Shown here: positions 50,741 to 60,711 of the stretch, in pieces
Layout of the letters: every line of letters starts with the position of its first letter
Position numbering within the stretch: position 1 is the first letter of the stretch
Assembly: GCA_977862235.1 (NCBI GenBank)
Contig: OZ374565.1
Location: forward strand, 2,046,001-2,110,000
DNA: 64,000 nt
From: Dudresnaya verticillata
Taxonomy: Eukaryota
Direction of reading: 5' to 3'
Position numbers and translations under genes: made by a program
Notes under the pieces: generated by a model
Database searches by the model: none
Told to the model about the DNA's origin: nothing
What the model saw: the letters and a program-made list of their open reading frames with translations, nothing else

Positions 50741-51526
50741 GAATCAGGTTCAGAGATGCGGTTGTAGGCGCGAGTTCCGGATCGAGCTACAACAACGCCA
50801 GGAGATGCAGGATTACGTGAGGGGCGCTGTGTTCCTAAACAAAGCATTATTTGAACAGGAAGTTCATATTCTGTTCTTAACAATAGAGAGAAATGCTTTG
50901 CAAGAGCCTATATAGCCCCACTCGATTCCAGACGGTTCTCATTTCAAAGCTGGCGGGAGATAGTGTTGGCTGCTGTATCTTCTGTAGAAATTAGGACCAT
51001 ACGCAGTTCAACAAGAGGAGAGGAATTAAGGTTGGGGGCGGCCAAGTTGTCTGCATCCTTTGCAAGGGCACTGGAAGAGATATAGGCAGCCTCAGTGTAG
51101 GTAAGATCGCCAAGGGATGCGCAAACATAAAACACGGAAGGGTCTTACGAGCGAACAATTACGCAAGAGCACCGGAAGCCAACTTGCTTAAGAGCCGTGC
51201 GGTATTCAGCGGGGGAGGCAAGGGCAGGGTCACTCGGAGCTGTGCGAACGGAGATAAACCAGAGGTAAAGAGTAAAGAGTCGTAAGAGCGATTTGAACTG
51301 TGTGCTGTTCTGGAGTATATACAAGGAGGGCTCTAACACGTAGAAGAGCGGGGAGAGTAAGAAAAGTATCCAATGCAACGGCACTTTCAAGTTCAAGCAC
51401 GTTGTCCATTATAAAGGCGGAGGTGGAAGAGAAAATCAACCGTGACATGTGTGAGAGCAACAAAGGCTCCTTGAGTGACGTTCTTCGTTGGTTGCTTGAC
51501 ATAATTTGCAGACGGCATTTTCCGGA

Positions 51527-51549
51527 CCCCCCCCCCCCCCCCCCCCCCC
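51527..51549. repeat. C23 homopolymer
   Basis: Read directly from the sequence. It lies just 5' of a CRE-like fragment. Confidence 0.9.
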
Positions 51550-51960
51550 TTCTAATCGAAGGCATTTACTACCGACGATGCTGTCGTTTCCGCATTGTCT
51601 TCTTCCACACAATCATCGAAAATTGCGACATGATCTCGTGTCCAAGGTGCATGGTCATTATAGGACTCGTGATCGCATAGGGCTTGCTTTTGCCTCTATT
51701 GTGAACTCGACCTCCATTCGATGGTGATGGGCATCTATGGTGCCATTGGTTCTGGATTCGATCGAGGCGCTTTGCCGATAGCTGAGAAGCTCTCTTCTCT
51801 AAGCCACCTCACCGCTCTCGTACTTGAATCTGTCACGGTAGCTGTTAACCGCCGTATGCTCTTCAACCGCCGCCTTTCACATGAAATTGATTTCGGCCCC
51901 CCTATGGGGCAATTGTCTTTTTCCTCTGCGTCAAGGTCCCCATCTCTTATTTGATGATGA
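51550..51960 (+). mobile_element. CRE-like 3' fragment
   Basis: MGIYGAIGSGFDRGA...VAVNRRML, then CCCCTATGGGG and AAGGTCCCCATCTC. Confidence 0.75.
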
Positions 51961-52208
51961 AGACATTTTGTCTTGGAATGGAAATAACTATAACAACAAT
52001 GGGTGAAGCTGTGCCACCTTCACAATAGTCCGTTGCAGTGGAGTGCTGCTTGTCTTCCGGTAACGTATGTGCAGCAAGTTGCGGAGTGAATGTCACACTG
52101 GCATCAAGAAGGGTAAATCACTTCACGGCAGTATGTAACCTTACTGCAAGCCCGTCATGCCGTCTACTCTACGGTCGCGACCAACACGAACTTACCAGCA
52201 GCTGTATG

Positions 52209-54080
52209 CTAGGCGGATGGTTTGGTGTCCGAGGCTCTTCTCAGCATCTCTCGGATGCCCTCTAGCCGACCGTCTCTGACAACCTCACCACCGGCGGCCT
52301 GCAGCATTTCAAAGTTTGTCTTCGAGCTGACCCCTGTGGGATCCGCATTCCCGCCATCCGTGGGAAAGCGCGTTTGTATGCCAACGTACAGCATCGCAGC
52401 AGACATGGCCACGAGAAAGGCCGGCACCACCACCTCTGGCGAGTCTGCGAGCACTGTCCCGTCAAACACATCGAACGACACGTCCGCCCACCTGCAACTG
52501 CCCCCTCCTCCCCCAGCGCTCACCACAGGAACGCTCACGCGGTACGTCTGCGGCCAAGTCTTGCTCACCACGCGCTTGGCAGTTTGCCATCGGTCCGGTG
52601 TGCCTGCCGCTAGAAACCAGATCCGCAGCCGGGTCAATCCGCCCACGCCTCTCGCGGCCAGCAGGGCAAAATCGTCCCCGCACAAGCGGAGCAGCAGAAC
52701 ACGTTCGCCAGGTGCGGTTGCGAGCACCCGATCGTGGACGAATTCGTCAGGGACTTGACACACGCTCTGTAGCAGAGGCGTGTGCGCAGAAGCGAGCGGT
52801 AGTGCCTCGTGCGTGCTCTGCTTCACGCCAGCGAAAATGTCCAGCTGGCTGACATAGTCATACGCGATGCCCGCTTCGTTTGCCAAGAGCGCGTGCTGCA
52901 CACGGCAGGTCAGCTCCGAGCCCAGGCATGCCCACCGCTCTACCGGCAACAGGCCCACCTTGCAAGCTGCCGGCTGACGGCGGCTTTCCATGTGCGTCGC
53001 ATGCACCCATGCTACGCGCGAAGACATCTCTGCCATATCTGGGCGGGCTACTTGCGGGAAGCGGAGGCGTACGCAGAGCTGCAGTTGCGGGCGTCGCAAG
53101 CCGCGACGACTAGACGCAAGTGGAGCGAGCCGGGACTCCACCTTTGCGACCTCGCACTCCAGCTCCGCCTTTACAGCCATCTCTTCCCCGGAAACGTTGC
53201 CTCTCCACATGGCGCCATGCCGTCCAACAGAGGTGCCGAACAGCTCTGTCCATGCGGCCTTGGTGGCGTTCCAGCGTTGGATGAGATCGGAACCTTCCTC
53301 GCGTCCGTTGAGGGAGTCGTCATGCGCGAGCACTCGACCCAGCAGCGCAGCGGTGCAGTGCGCATACTCCACGGGGTGGGCCTGGTGCGCATGCCACACG
53401 AGGTCGATGTCAAACGTGGGAACCCACACCTCCGTCGGACGGGCGCGCTGCAGGGCGAGAAAGCCGGCGTAGCGGTCCGCCGCGGCGGAGAGGAAGACGG
53501 GCGAGCGGTAGTGCGGGAGCACGCATACCTGGTAGTGGAAGGCCATCTGGCGCGACGCTGCGGCGATGATGTCGTACGAGATGAGCGAAGAGTGCTTCAC
53601 TCCCTCCATCTCCTCGTCGCCGGCATCATCCTTGAGCGGGGCTTGTGCAAGCTGATGGGTAGTGTCGAAGAGCTCGTCCTTCTCCACACGTTCCCAAACG
53701 CGCCTCGCCTTGCGCATGCCGCGGCGAACAGCGCTCCCTCCTAAGAGCTGATGGTTCACAACGATATCCGACTGGCCGGTAACTTGCTCCCAGATGCGCT
53801 TCGAGTCGTCGATATAAGCAAGAGGGCATAGCATGTGGCACAGCCATACCCAGTGGATGTCAATAGGTGGGACAAGCGCGAGGCGTTGGGCAGCGGGGAC
53901 TGCGGCGAGGACACGGTGCCAGACGGTCTCATAGCGGGCGATGGCGCGGCGTAGGACGCGACGGTTGAGGTAGAGACTTGGGTAGTTGTGGACCTCGGAG
54001 AGAAGCGCGAGCAGGTGATGCGAGGCGGACACCAGGTCCGGCTTCTCGGGCAGCGCGGGCTTGGGTTCGGGGAAAGGCAT
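52209..54080 (-). CDS. GRDP / DUF1399 family protein (623 aa)
   Basis: Two copies of the family signature: AIARYE...VPPIDIHWVWLCHMLCPLAY and AADRYAGFL...VPTFDIDLVWHAHQAHPVEY...HDDS. Likely start MPFPEPK at 54080. Confidence 0.85.
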   Translation of the reverse strand: MPFPEPKPALPEKPDLVSASHHLLALLSEVHNYPSLYLNRRVLRRAIARYETVWHRVLAAVPAAQRLALVPPIDIHWVWLCHMLCPLAYIDDSKRIWEQVTGQSDIVVNHQLLGGSAVRRGMRKARRVWERVEKDELFDTTHQLAQAPLKDDAGDEEMEGVKHSSLISYDIIAAASRQMAFHYQVCVLPHYRSPVFLSAAADRYAGFLALQRARPTEVWVPTFDIDLVWHAHQAHPVEYAHCTAALLGRVLAHDDSLNGREEGSDLIQRWNATKAAWTELFGTSVGRHGAMWRGNVSGEEMAVKAELECEVAKVESRLAPLASSRRGLRRPQLQLCVRLRFPQVARPDMAEMSSRVAWVHATHMESRRQPAACKVGLLPVERWACLGSELTCRVQHALLANEAGIAYDYVSQLDIFAGVKQSTHEALPLASAHTPLLQSVCQVPDEFVHDRVLATAPGERVLLLRLCGDDFALLAARGVGGLTRLRIWFLAAGTPDRWQTAKRVVSKTWPQTYRVSVPVVSAGGGGGSCRWADVSFDVFDGTVLADSPEVVVPAFLVAMSAAMLYVGIQTRFPTDGGNADPTGVSSKTNFEMLQAAGGEVVRDGRLEGIREMLRRASDTKPSA

Positions 54081-54343
54081 GGCGGCGGTGCGGCGGTGCG
54101 GCGGTGCGGCAGGCGCTGGCCGACCGGCGCTTGCTGACTGTCCGGCGAGGGGTGGAGGGAGCGGTGGTAGCTCGGGGTGCCGCACAGCAGCGGAATTGTT
54201 GCCGCTCCCGCTTGCAGCGTCATCAAAGCGTGTCTTTGGAAAAATGCATTGATTGAGAATAAACAAACTCTCAGCTGCTCACACACTTTACGCTTATGCC
54301 CTTTGCTACCACTTTCATCCGACAAGCATCGGCAGCAGGCGCG

Positions 54344-55585
54344 TCACACACAGATAGTGTGATCGGCATTCGCAAACGTTCCTAGCGGGCAGAGTTGACA
54401 GCTATCCTCAACATTGTCCGTCGAGGTGATGGTATTCCCAGTGCAAGCAATACAAATAGCGTCAAACCGCTGCAAATAGGTCCCCGCCGGGCACTGCCCG
54501 CACCTGCCGTCTCTCAGCAGCGTAAACCCATCCTCGCAAATGCGGCAAGTAACCGCCCCAAACAACGAAAGCGTCCTCCGCGGACAGGCCTCGCAGGAAA
54601 ACTCCACAGTCCCGTGGCTATATGTTCCCGGTCTGCACTTGACACACCGCATCGCCGCATCATTGTAGCTGTGTCCTGCGGGACAAGGCGCACACACCCC
54701 ATCCCGACCCAACGCCTCTCCAGGTGGACAAACCACACAACTCGAAGCCCCTTCTGCCGAATAGGCGTTCGACGCGCATCGCAAGCACCTCTTCCATGCA
54801 TTTGCCAACGGCATAAACTCTCCAGGCCGACACGTCACACAGTCTGCACGGTCCTCGTCATAGTAAGTCCCGGCCGCGCACTTGCCACAGCTCCCATCCA
54901 CCTTCGGCGCAGTACCAGCGGGACAGATTATGCACTTATCGGCCCCGTCTTGAGAGAACCCGTTCTCCGGGCACGGCAGACACGGTTGCTGCCCGGCGTC
55001 AGGCTTGAACTCTCCCGCGAGACACTTGACACACTCGGGATATTCAAACGTCTGCCCAGGCGGGCAAAGCCCGCATGTACCATCAGCAAGCGGCACGAGC
55101 CCTGGCGGGCAGGTCAAGCACTCTGTGGCAGCCTGGCCGGCGTACGAGTTTGGTGGGCACTGCAGACAACTCTCCTGGGCAGGGTCGGGCTGGTACGTCC
55201 CCGCCGTGCACGGCTGGCACCGAGTCGTGTTAGGGGCAGACGACAAGTAGAACCCCGGCTCGCACGGCACGCAGTCGCCAATACTTGGGGTGAACACGGC
55301 CCCGGGGGGGCATTCGCATACGTTGCGGAATAACGATGGCACCCAGTTTGCTGCACACGGCGTGCAGAAGGTCGCCGCTTCAGTGGGAGCTATCGTGTTG
55401 TTCAGACATGGCTTGCACCCTGTCTGCCCCCGCTGGTCCTGATACGTTCCAAGAGGGCACTTGAAGCATTCGGCGAACGGCGTCAGAAAGTAGCCGGGGT
55501 CGCAACTTTGTTCATGGGCCGGGACGGACTTGAACGATGCGCAGATAGCCAGGAAGGCGGGGAAGAGCCTTGCGGCGCGCTGCAT
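54344..55585 (-). CDS. Secreted GCC2/GCC3 (ephrin-receptor-like) Cys-repeat protein (413 aa)
   Basis: ATG at 55585 with a signal-like N-terminus, then repeated CxxCPxGTYQ..GQxxCxxC units. There is no TM helix, and a TATA box lies upstream. Confidence 0.85.
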   Translation of the reverse strand: MQRAARLFPAFLAICASFKSVPAHEQSCDPGYFLTPFAECFKCPLGTYQDQRGQTGCKPCLNNTIAPTEAATFCTPCAANWVPSLFRNVCECPPGAVFTPSIGDCVPCEPGFYLSSAPNTTRCQPCTAGTYQPDPAQESCLQCPPNSYAGQAATECLTCPPGLVPLADGTCGLCPPGQTFEYPECVKCLAGEFKPDAGQQPCLPCPENGFSQDGADKCIICPAGTAPKVDGSCGKCAAGTYYDEDRADCVTCRPGEFMPLANAWKRCLRCASNAYSAEGASSCVVCPPGEALGRDGVCAPCPAGHSYNDAAMRCVKCRPGTYSHGTVEFSCEACPRRTLSLFGAVTCRICEDGFTLLRDGRCGQCPAGTYLQRFDAICIACTGNTITSTDNVEDSCQLCPLGTFANADHTICV

Positions 55586-55678
55586 GTTGATTTGCTTTGT
55601 CTCTCTCTCGCCGGCCAGGCGCGACTGCGAGCGCTTGGATACTTGGACGGTGCGTTTGCTGCGCGCTGTTCTCATCGC

Positions 55679-55690
55679 GCGGGCTTTATA
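55679..55690 (-). promoter_or_regulatory. TATA box (TATAAAGCCCGC)
   Basis: About 100 bp upstream of ATG 55585 and identical to 21478-21489. Confidence 0.65.
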
Positions 55691-56070
55691 CGAGCTCGCG
55701 CGCGGGCACGCTCTGTCATCTCGCTCTGTGCTTCCACGCGGTGCAGGCGCTTGAAGCGGCGGAGCTCGCCCGATCGAGCGCTCGCGCCAGGCGCGCGGCA
55801 GAGCAGACGCGCAGCGCGCGCTTCTCGCACTCGGCTGGATGCGAGCGCATGCGGTCTCTCCAAGCCAGTGCCACTCGAGCTTGGCCGCTCGCAAACGACG
55901 CTGAGTGCAAGCCGCCCCGGACGGCTCCCCGCGAGCTTGCAGAACGCGGCCGACAGCGGTCGCGACAGAGCGCCGCGATGGCATCCAGTTTTTCGTTTAA
56001 TTTTCTTCGCAATCGCCAGCGTTCCTCCGCGAGCACGGTCCGAGCGTCGTCGCAGTCCGCACGCAGTCCG

Positions 56071-57507
56071 TCACACCTCCGGAACACTCGCCATTGCCTC
56101 CTCGATCCTCTCCGCCGGGTACGCATAGTCCTCCAACCCGTCGTCGAGATACCGTTCATAGCTGGCGAGGTCAAGATGCCCGTGCCCGCACAGCGCCGTG
56201 ATCACAACCGTCTCCTCGCCCGTCTCCTTGGCTTTCGCAGCCTCGCGAAGCATCGCCGCGAGCGCATGCGTCGGCTCTGGCGCCGGCACAATGCCCTCCG
56301 TCTTTGCGAATAGCGCCGCGGCTTTGAAGCACTCGGTCTGATGCATCGCCTCGGCCTCGACCAGCCCGCTCTCTAGAACATGGCTAAGCAGCGGCGACAT
56401 CCCGTGGTACCGCAGCCCGCCGGCGTGGATCGGGTCTGGGATGAAGCCGTGCCCAAGCGTGTGCATCTTCATCAGCGGCGTAAACCCCATCGCGTCGGCA
56501 AAGTCGTAGCGGTACTCGCCCTTGGTAAGCGACGGACATGCTGCCGGCTCCACGCACCGCAGCGTCACATCGTTGCTCCCCGCCATGCGCTCGCGCAGGA
56601 ATGGGAACGCTAGCCCGCCAAAATTGCTCCCGCCCCCCGTGCACCCCACCAGTACGTCTGGCGTGGCGTCCACCTTGGCCATCTGCAGCAGCGCCTCCTC
56701 GCCGATGACAGTCTGATGTAGCAGCACATGGTTTAGCACCGAACCCAGTGCATAGCGTGTGTCTGGATCCTGGCCGGCCACTTCGGTGGCTTCCGATATC
56801 GCCATCCCAAGAGAGCCGGGCGTTTTCGGGTCTTTTGCAAGCATCTTCCGGCCGGCCGCTGTTTTGTCTGACGGCGATGAGTACACATTGGCGCCCCAGA
56901 GGCGCATCATCGTCCGGCGGTGCGGCTTGGTGTCGTATGAGGCGCGTACCTGCCACACCGAGCATTCCAGGTCGAACTGCGCACAGGCAAAGGCAAGAGC
57001 GCTTCCCCACTGGCCTGCGCCTGTCTCGGTGGTGAGATGCTTTGTTCCAGCGAGCTTGTTGTAGTAGGCCTGTGGCACTGCAGAGTTTGGCTTGTGGCTG
57101 GAGGACACGTTAGGTCAGCAAGGGCGTCAAGTGAAGGGCGTCACGATAGAAGATGTTTAAAGTCGAACATACCTGCCAGCCGGAGAGACACCCTCGTACT
57201 TGTAGAAGATCTTCGCCGGAGTGTTCAGTGCACGCTCAAGACGATGCGCGCGGAAGAGTGGCGTGGGACGCCATAGGCGGTAGACCTCACGGACTGGCTC
57301 CGGGATTTGGATGTAGCGCTCAGAAGATGCTTCCTGGGCGATGATCTCGGGTGGAAACAGGGCTTTGAGATCCTCCGGAGAGACGGGCTGCTTGGTGGCT
57401 GGGTTGAGCGGCGGCGGCGGCGGGCTTGGTAGATCGGGGATGATGTTGTACCAATGCGTCGGGAGCTCGGCCTCGGAGAGGGTGATCTTTGTCGATTTGG
57501 ATGGCAT
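56071..57507 (-). CDS. trpB2: Tryptophan synthase beta chain type 2 (TrpB2), two exons: 57507-57173 and 57097-56071 (453 aa)
   Basis: Motifs [31 protein letters not shown] (PLP lysine motif restored by splicing), [40 protein letters not shown] and LCGHGHLD. Confidence 0.95.
57098..57172 (-). other. 75-nt spliceosomal intron in trpB2
   Basis: GTATGT donor, CTAAC branch point and CCAG acceptor. Removal joins AG|C to give the Ser of GSHK. Confidence 0.92.
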
Positions 57508-58300
57508 GTTTCAAGTCCGGTTTGCGAGATGCTATCGTGGCGGCAATGAAGAGGCGGTTGGGCGGACTGGTCGCTTCAAATGTGCGCAAGTTGCCGGAGC
57601 CGAACGGAGGATGGCGACGTCAGCGATGCTCAAAATCGCTTCCACGACTGGCAGGTATCGTACATAGCGTAGATACCGGCACCAGCTGCCAGGTGCCTGG
57701 CGCCGTGATGATTGCGTGAGCACCACTCTTTCAGTGCTCACGCACCCAGGGCTCCGCGTCTCAATCCACCAGGGTTATTAGCTGCACTCATTTGGCACTG
57801 GAAGATTGACTGCGGAGAGAGATAGCCTTTTGCGACAGCTGTCGTTTGGTACGTATATTTATAAAGATGGGAAGCACACTTCCACGTCGTCATGGGCGTG
57901 CTGCGTCGTTGAAGCAGATTTTTCTTGTTCCTCCGTGCTTGGCTCACTTCCAACTCTTTGCGTCGAAACATGCTTCTCTCAACGTCAAACGATGGGCGCG
58001 TCAACTTGTTGTCTTCCCTGCGGGGAGCGTCAACGAATGATACAGAGTTATCTTGTCGCGCATTCAGGAGGAGCTAGCACGAGTTGCGTGTTTTCCGTTT
58101 GCAATTGCGAAGATGATCCTCAGTGATGCTTGCTTCTCGTAGATTGCCGAATTATGTTGCGTTAAACGTTGGTCTCTTCACAGACCCAATACAAACTCGA
58201 AACATACTCCAGTTCTAAAGCGTCACATAAACATTGTGACCTACGCTAGACGAGTTAGTTTCTAGAACTGCAGCGAGTGCAACGAAACACTATCATGTCT

Positions 58301-60472
58301 CTACGCCTTGCTCTCCTCACCTTGCCCCTTCCTCTCCCTCGATCTGGCGAAAACATTCTGTTGCCAGTCACCTATTTCGCCCATAATCGCTGAGAACCAC
58401 GATACCGCGGAGTCCTCCTCTTCAGCCTTCTTGTAATCATGTGCAACCTGCTCGACCTCACATTCCAGCCCGCGATTCTTGAACTTCTCCGAGATTATAT
58501 TCTTCGCCCAATCTTCAGTCTCTGAGTTTTTCTTCACCTGCGAGTTCGTCAGCAACCACCACCCACCTTTGCCTCGTTGCTCTTCGATTCGCTCACCAAC
58601 CTCTCGAAACGCAGCCATACTCACGTAGAAATCGCCTTGCAAGTTTACCACCAACATCTCCCAACGTCCACTCGTGCTCTCCTCAAACTGCACTGAAACC
58701 CATTCCAGTTCCTCATTCTCTATCTTCCCCATCTCCTCCTCCGTGAACCCAAGCAACCCAAGCCAGAACTCTGTCCTCCCCGCGCTAAAAGCACTGTCCG
58801 AAACCCCCACGTAGGCCACTTCCGCTGTAATCGCCTCATCGTCTCCCCTAAGAGTGAATGTCGTCACCCGCGTCAAAACTGCTCTCGCCCGCCGGTCCCC
58901 TCTAGGATCACCGGACCATCCCAAGGCCTCATTCATATCACTGCGCCCGGAGCGCATCAACATTTTCCTTGCCCACGCCGCGATCTCCGCCTGATCCTCC
59001 TCCCGCCACACAGCGTATTCCGCATAGCTCTTCTGCGCAATCTTCGACGACAGGCGCAGCACAGCGGCCATGGCCTTGTGGCCCTGCCCGGCAACAGCGT
59101 CCTCAACGCCGTACTCGAGGCGCGGTTGAAGCGAGCCGTAGTCATCGCCATGCCGCACAGTCTCGTACTCATTGACGACATCCATCCCGCATGTCAGCGT
59201 GGACAGCGACTTCTCCAGCTCGAGCCAAAGGCGACCCGACGTGATGCTGTCGCCATTGGTGTAGGTATTGACTCGCACAGTCCTGTAGATGGCATACGGC
59301 AGCAGACCGATGTCGACCCAGGAGCTATTGATGCGTGCGCCAGCAGCAGACGCGCCGTCGCACCACATCATGAACCTGGTATAGCCGTGTCGGCTAGCGA
59401 CATCCATGACCTGTCGCAACATGAGGGTGGCGCGGTCCTCGCTCAGTCGTATGATGGAGCCGTTTTCATAAACAGGCAAGTGCTTGTACGAAAGCGAGTA
59501 GACAAGGGTAGCCGGATCATCGAGGAAGGTCTCCTTCTCTTCCAAATTGGTCCAGACGTTGTGCAGCCCACGCATCGCGGCGACGGCTTGCGAAATGTCG
59601 CGCTGGTCGCAGGCGATGGGGCCGATCAAGCCGGGGAGAGTGGCGCGCACGGCGGCGGAAATGCCTGCGTGGAGGGCGTCGCGACGGTACCAACGGTCGC
59701 GACATGAGAAGCAGCCGAGCGAGCTGGCGAGCGTGGCGACGACTTGCAAGGCATAGCGGGGACGCAGAAAGTCCAGCATGAGGGTGCGGGCTTCCGCGAT
59801 GGCGAGACGCGAATAGGGAGGGATGTCAGTTTCATGGGCTAGGAAGATGTAGAGGAAGCAGAGCCAGAGAGTGACGACGGAGACGAAGACGGCGTACGGG
59901 ACGGCGAAAAGGCTGAGGATTGGGGTGGTGATTGCCAATAACAGCCATACGCAGCCCAAAAGTATCACGAGGGTGGTCCAAACGAATGCGCGAAGCAGCT
60001 GGACTGAGGCCAGGACGGCTAGGTGGAGGTAGCGCACGGGCGCGGAATCGGTTTCGGCGGCAACAGTGGCAAAGTAGCGGGCGTAGCGAGTCAGGGGCGA
60101 CCACGTGAATACTGAGAAGTACTGGAGGGAGGCGGACCAGACGACGGCGGCGATGTGCTCGCTGCGGGGCGCCGGGCTCGCGACGCCGAAGAGGGCGTCT
60201 GCGGCGGAGGTTGCATGGCGGATGCGGTGGGCCAGCTGGAGCAGGCCGAAGATGACGAAGCACACGGCTGAGACGATGCGGCGGATGCGCAGGTCCCAGC
60301 CGGCGGCGAAGTAGAGCGTGGCCGGGGAGACCCAGCACAGCGTGAGCGACTGGACGGCGCCGAACGCGACGAGGAAGACGAGGGTGTGGACGTAGCGCCC
60401 GTTGTCGCCGAGCGCGGCGCGGAGAGCGGCGAGCGCGGCGAGCGCGGCGCGGAGAGCGGCGAGGGCGCCCAT
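58301..60472 (-). CDS. Multi-pass membrane protein with a C-terminal HET-like domain (723 aa)
   Basis: About 5-6 hydrophobic helices in the N-terminal third. The soluble part has YSLSYKH, MMWCDG and GRLWLELE. The HET similarity is tentative. Confidence 0.75.
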   Translation of the reverse strand: MGALAALRAALAALAALRAALGDNGRYVHTLVFLVAFGAVQSLTLCWVSPATLYFAAGWDLRIRRIVSAVCFVIFGLLQLAHRIRHATSAADALFGVASPAPRSEHIAAVVWSASLQYFSVFTWSPLTRYARYFATVAAETDSAPVRYLHLAVLASVQLLRAFVWTTLVILLGCVWLLLAITTPILSLFAVPYAVFVSVVTLWLCFLYIFLAHETDIPPYSRLAIAEARTLMLDFLRPRYALQVVATLASSLGCFSCRDRWYRRDALHAGISAAVRATLPGLIGPIACDQRDISQAVAAMRGLHNVWTNLEEKETFLDDPATLVYSLSYKHLPVYENGSIIRLSEDRATLMLRQVMDVASRHGYTRFMMWCDGASAAGARINSSWVDIGLLPYAIYRTVRVNTYTNGDSITSGRLWLELEKSLSTLTCGMDVVNEYETVRHGDDYGSLQPRLEYGVEDAVAGQGHKAMAAVLRLSSKIAQKSYAEYAVWREEDQAEIAAWARKMLMRSGRSDMNEALGWSGDPRGDRRARAVLTRVTTFTLRGDDEAITAEVAYVGVSDSAFSAGRTEFWLGLLGFTEEEMGKIENEELEWVSVQFEESTSGRWEMLVVNLQGDFYVSMAAFREVGERIEEQRGKGGWWLLTNSQVKKNSETEDWAKNIISEKFKNRGLECEVEQVAHDYKKAEEEDSAVSWFSAIMGEIGDWQQNVFARSRERKGQGEESKA

Positions 60473-60711
60473 CGCGCGTGTGTGGCGCGCGTGTAAGATA
60501 CTGTAACGAGGAAGTGTAACGCACAGGATACTTTTAACTTTTGGAGTGTTTTCTCTCTCTCTCTCTCTCCCACACGGCGATTGTAATTACCAGCAAGTAA
60601 TTACGTAATTACGGCGTGTCCAACAAGGCCAATGCTCGGCAACCAATTAAAAGCCGCCAAGTCACACCGGGTAGCCTATGGCTTCCTGCCACAGCTATGC
60701 AGATGTAATCT

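Noticed and set aside
56071..57507. Bacterial contamination as the source of trpB2
   Set aside because: It contains a canonical spliceosomal intron and lies among eukaryote-type genes.
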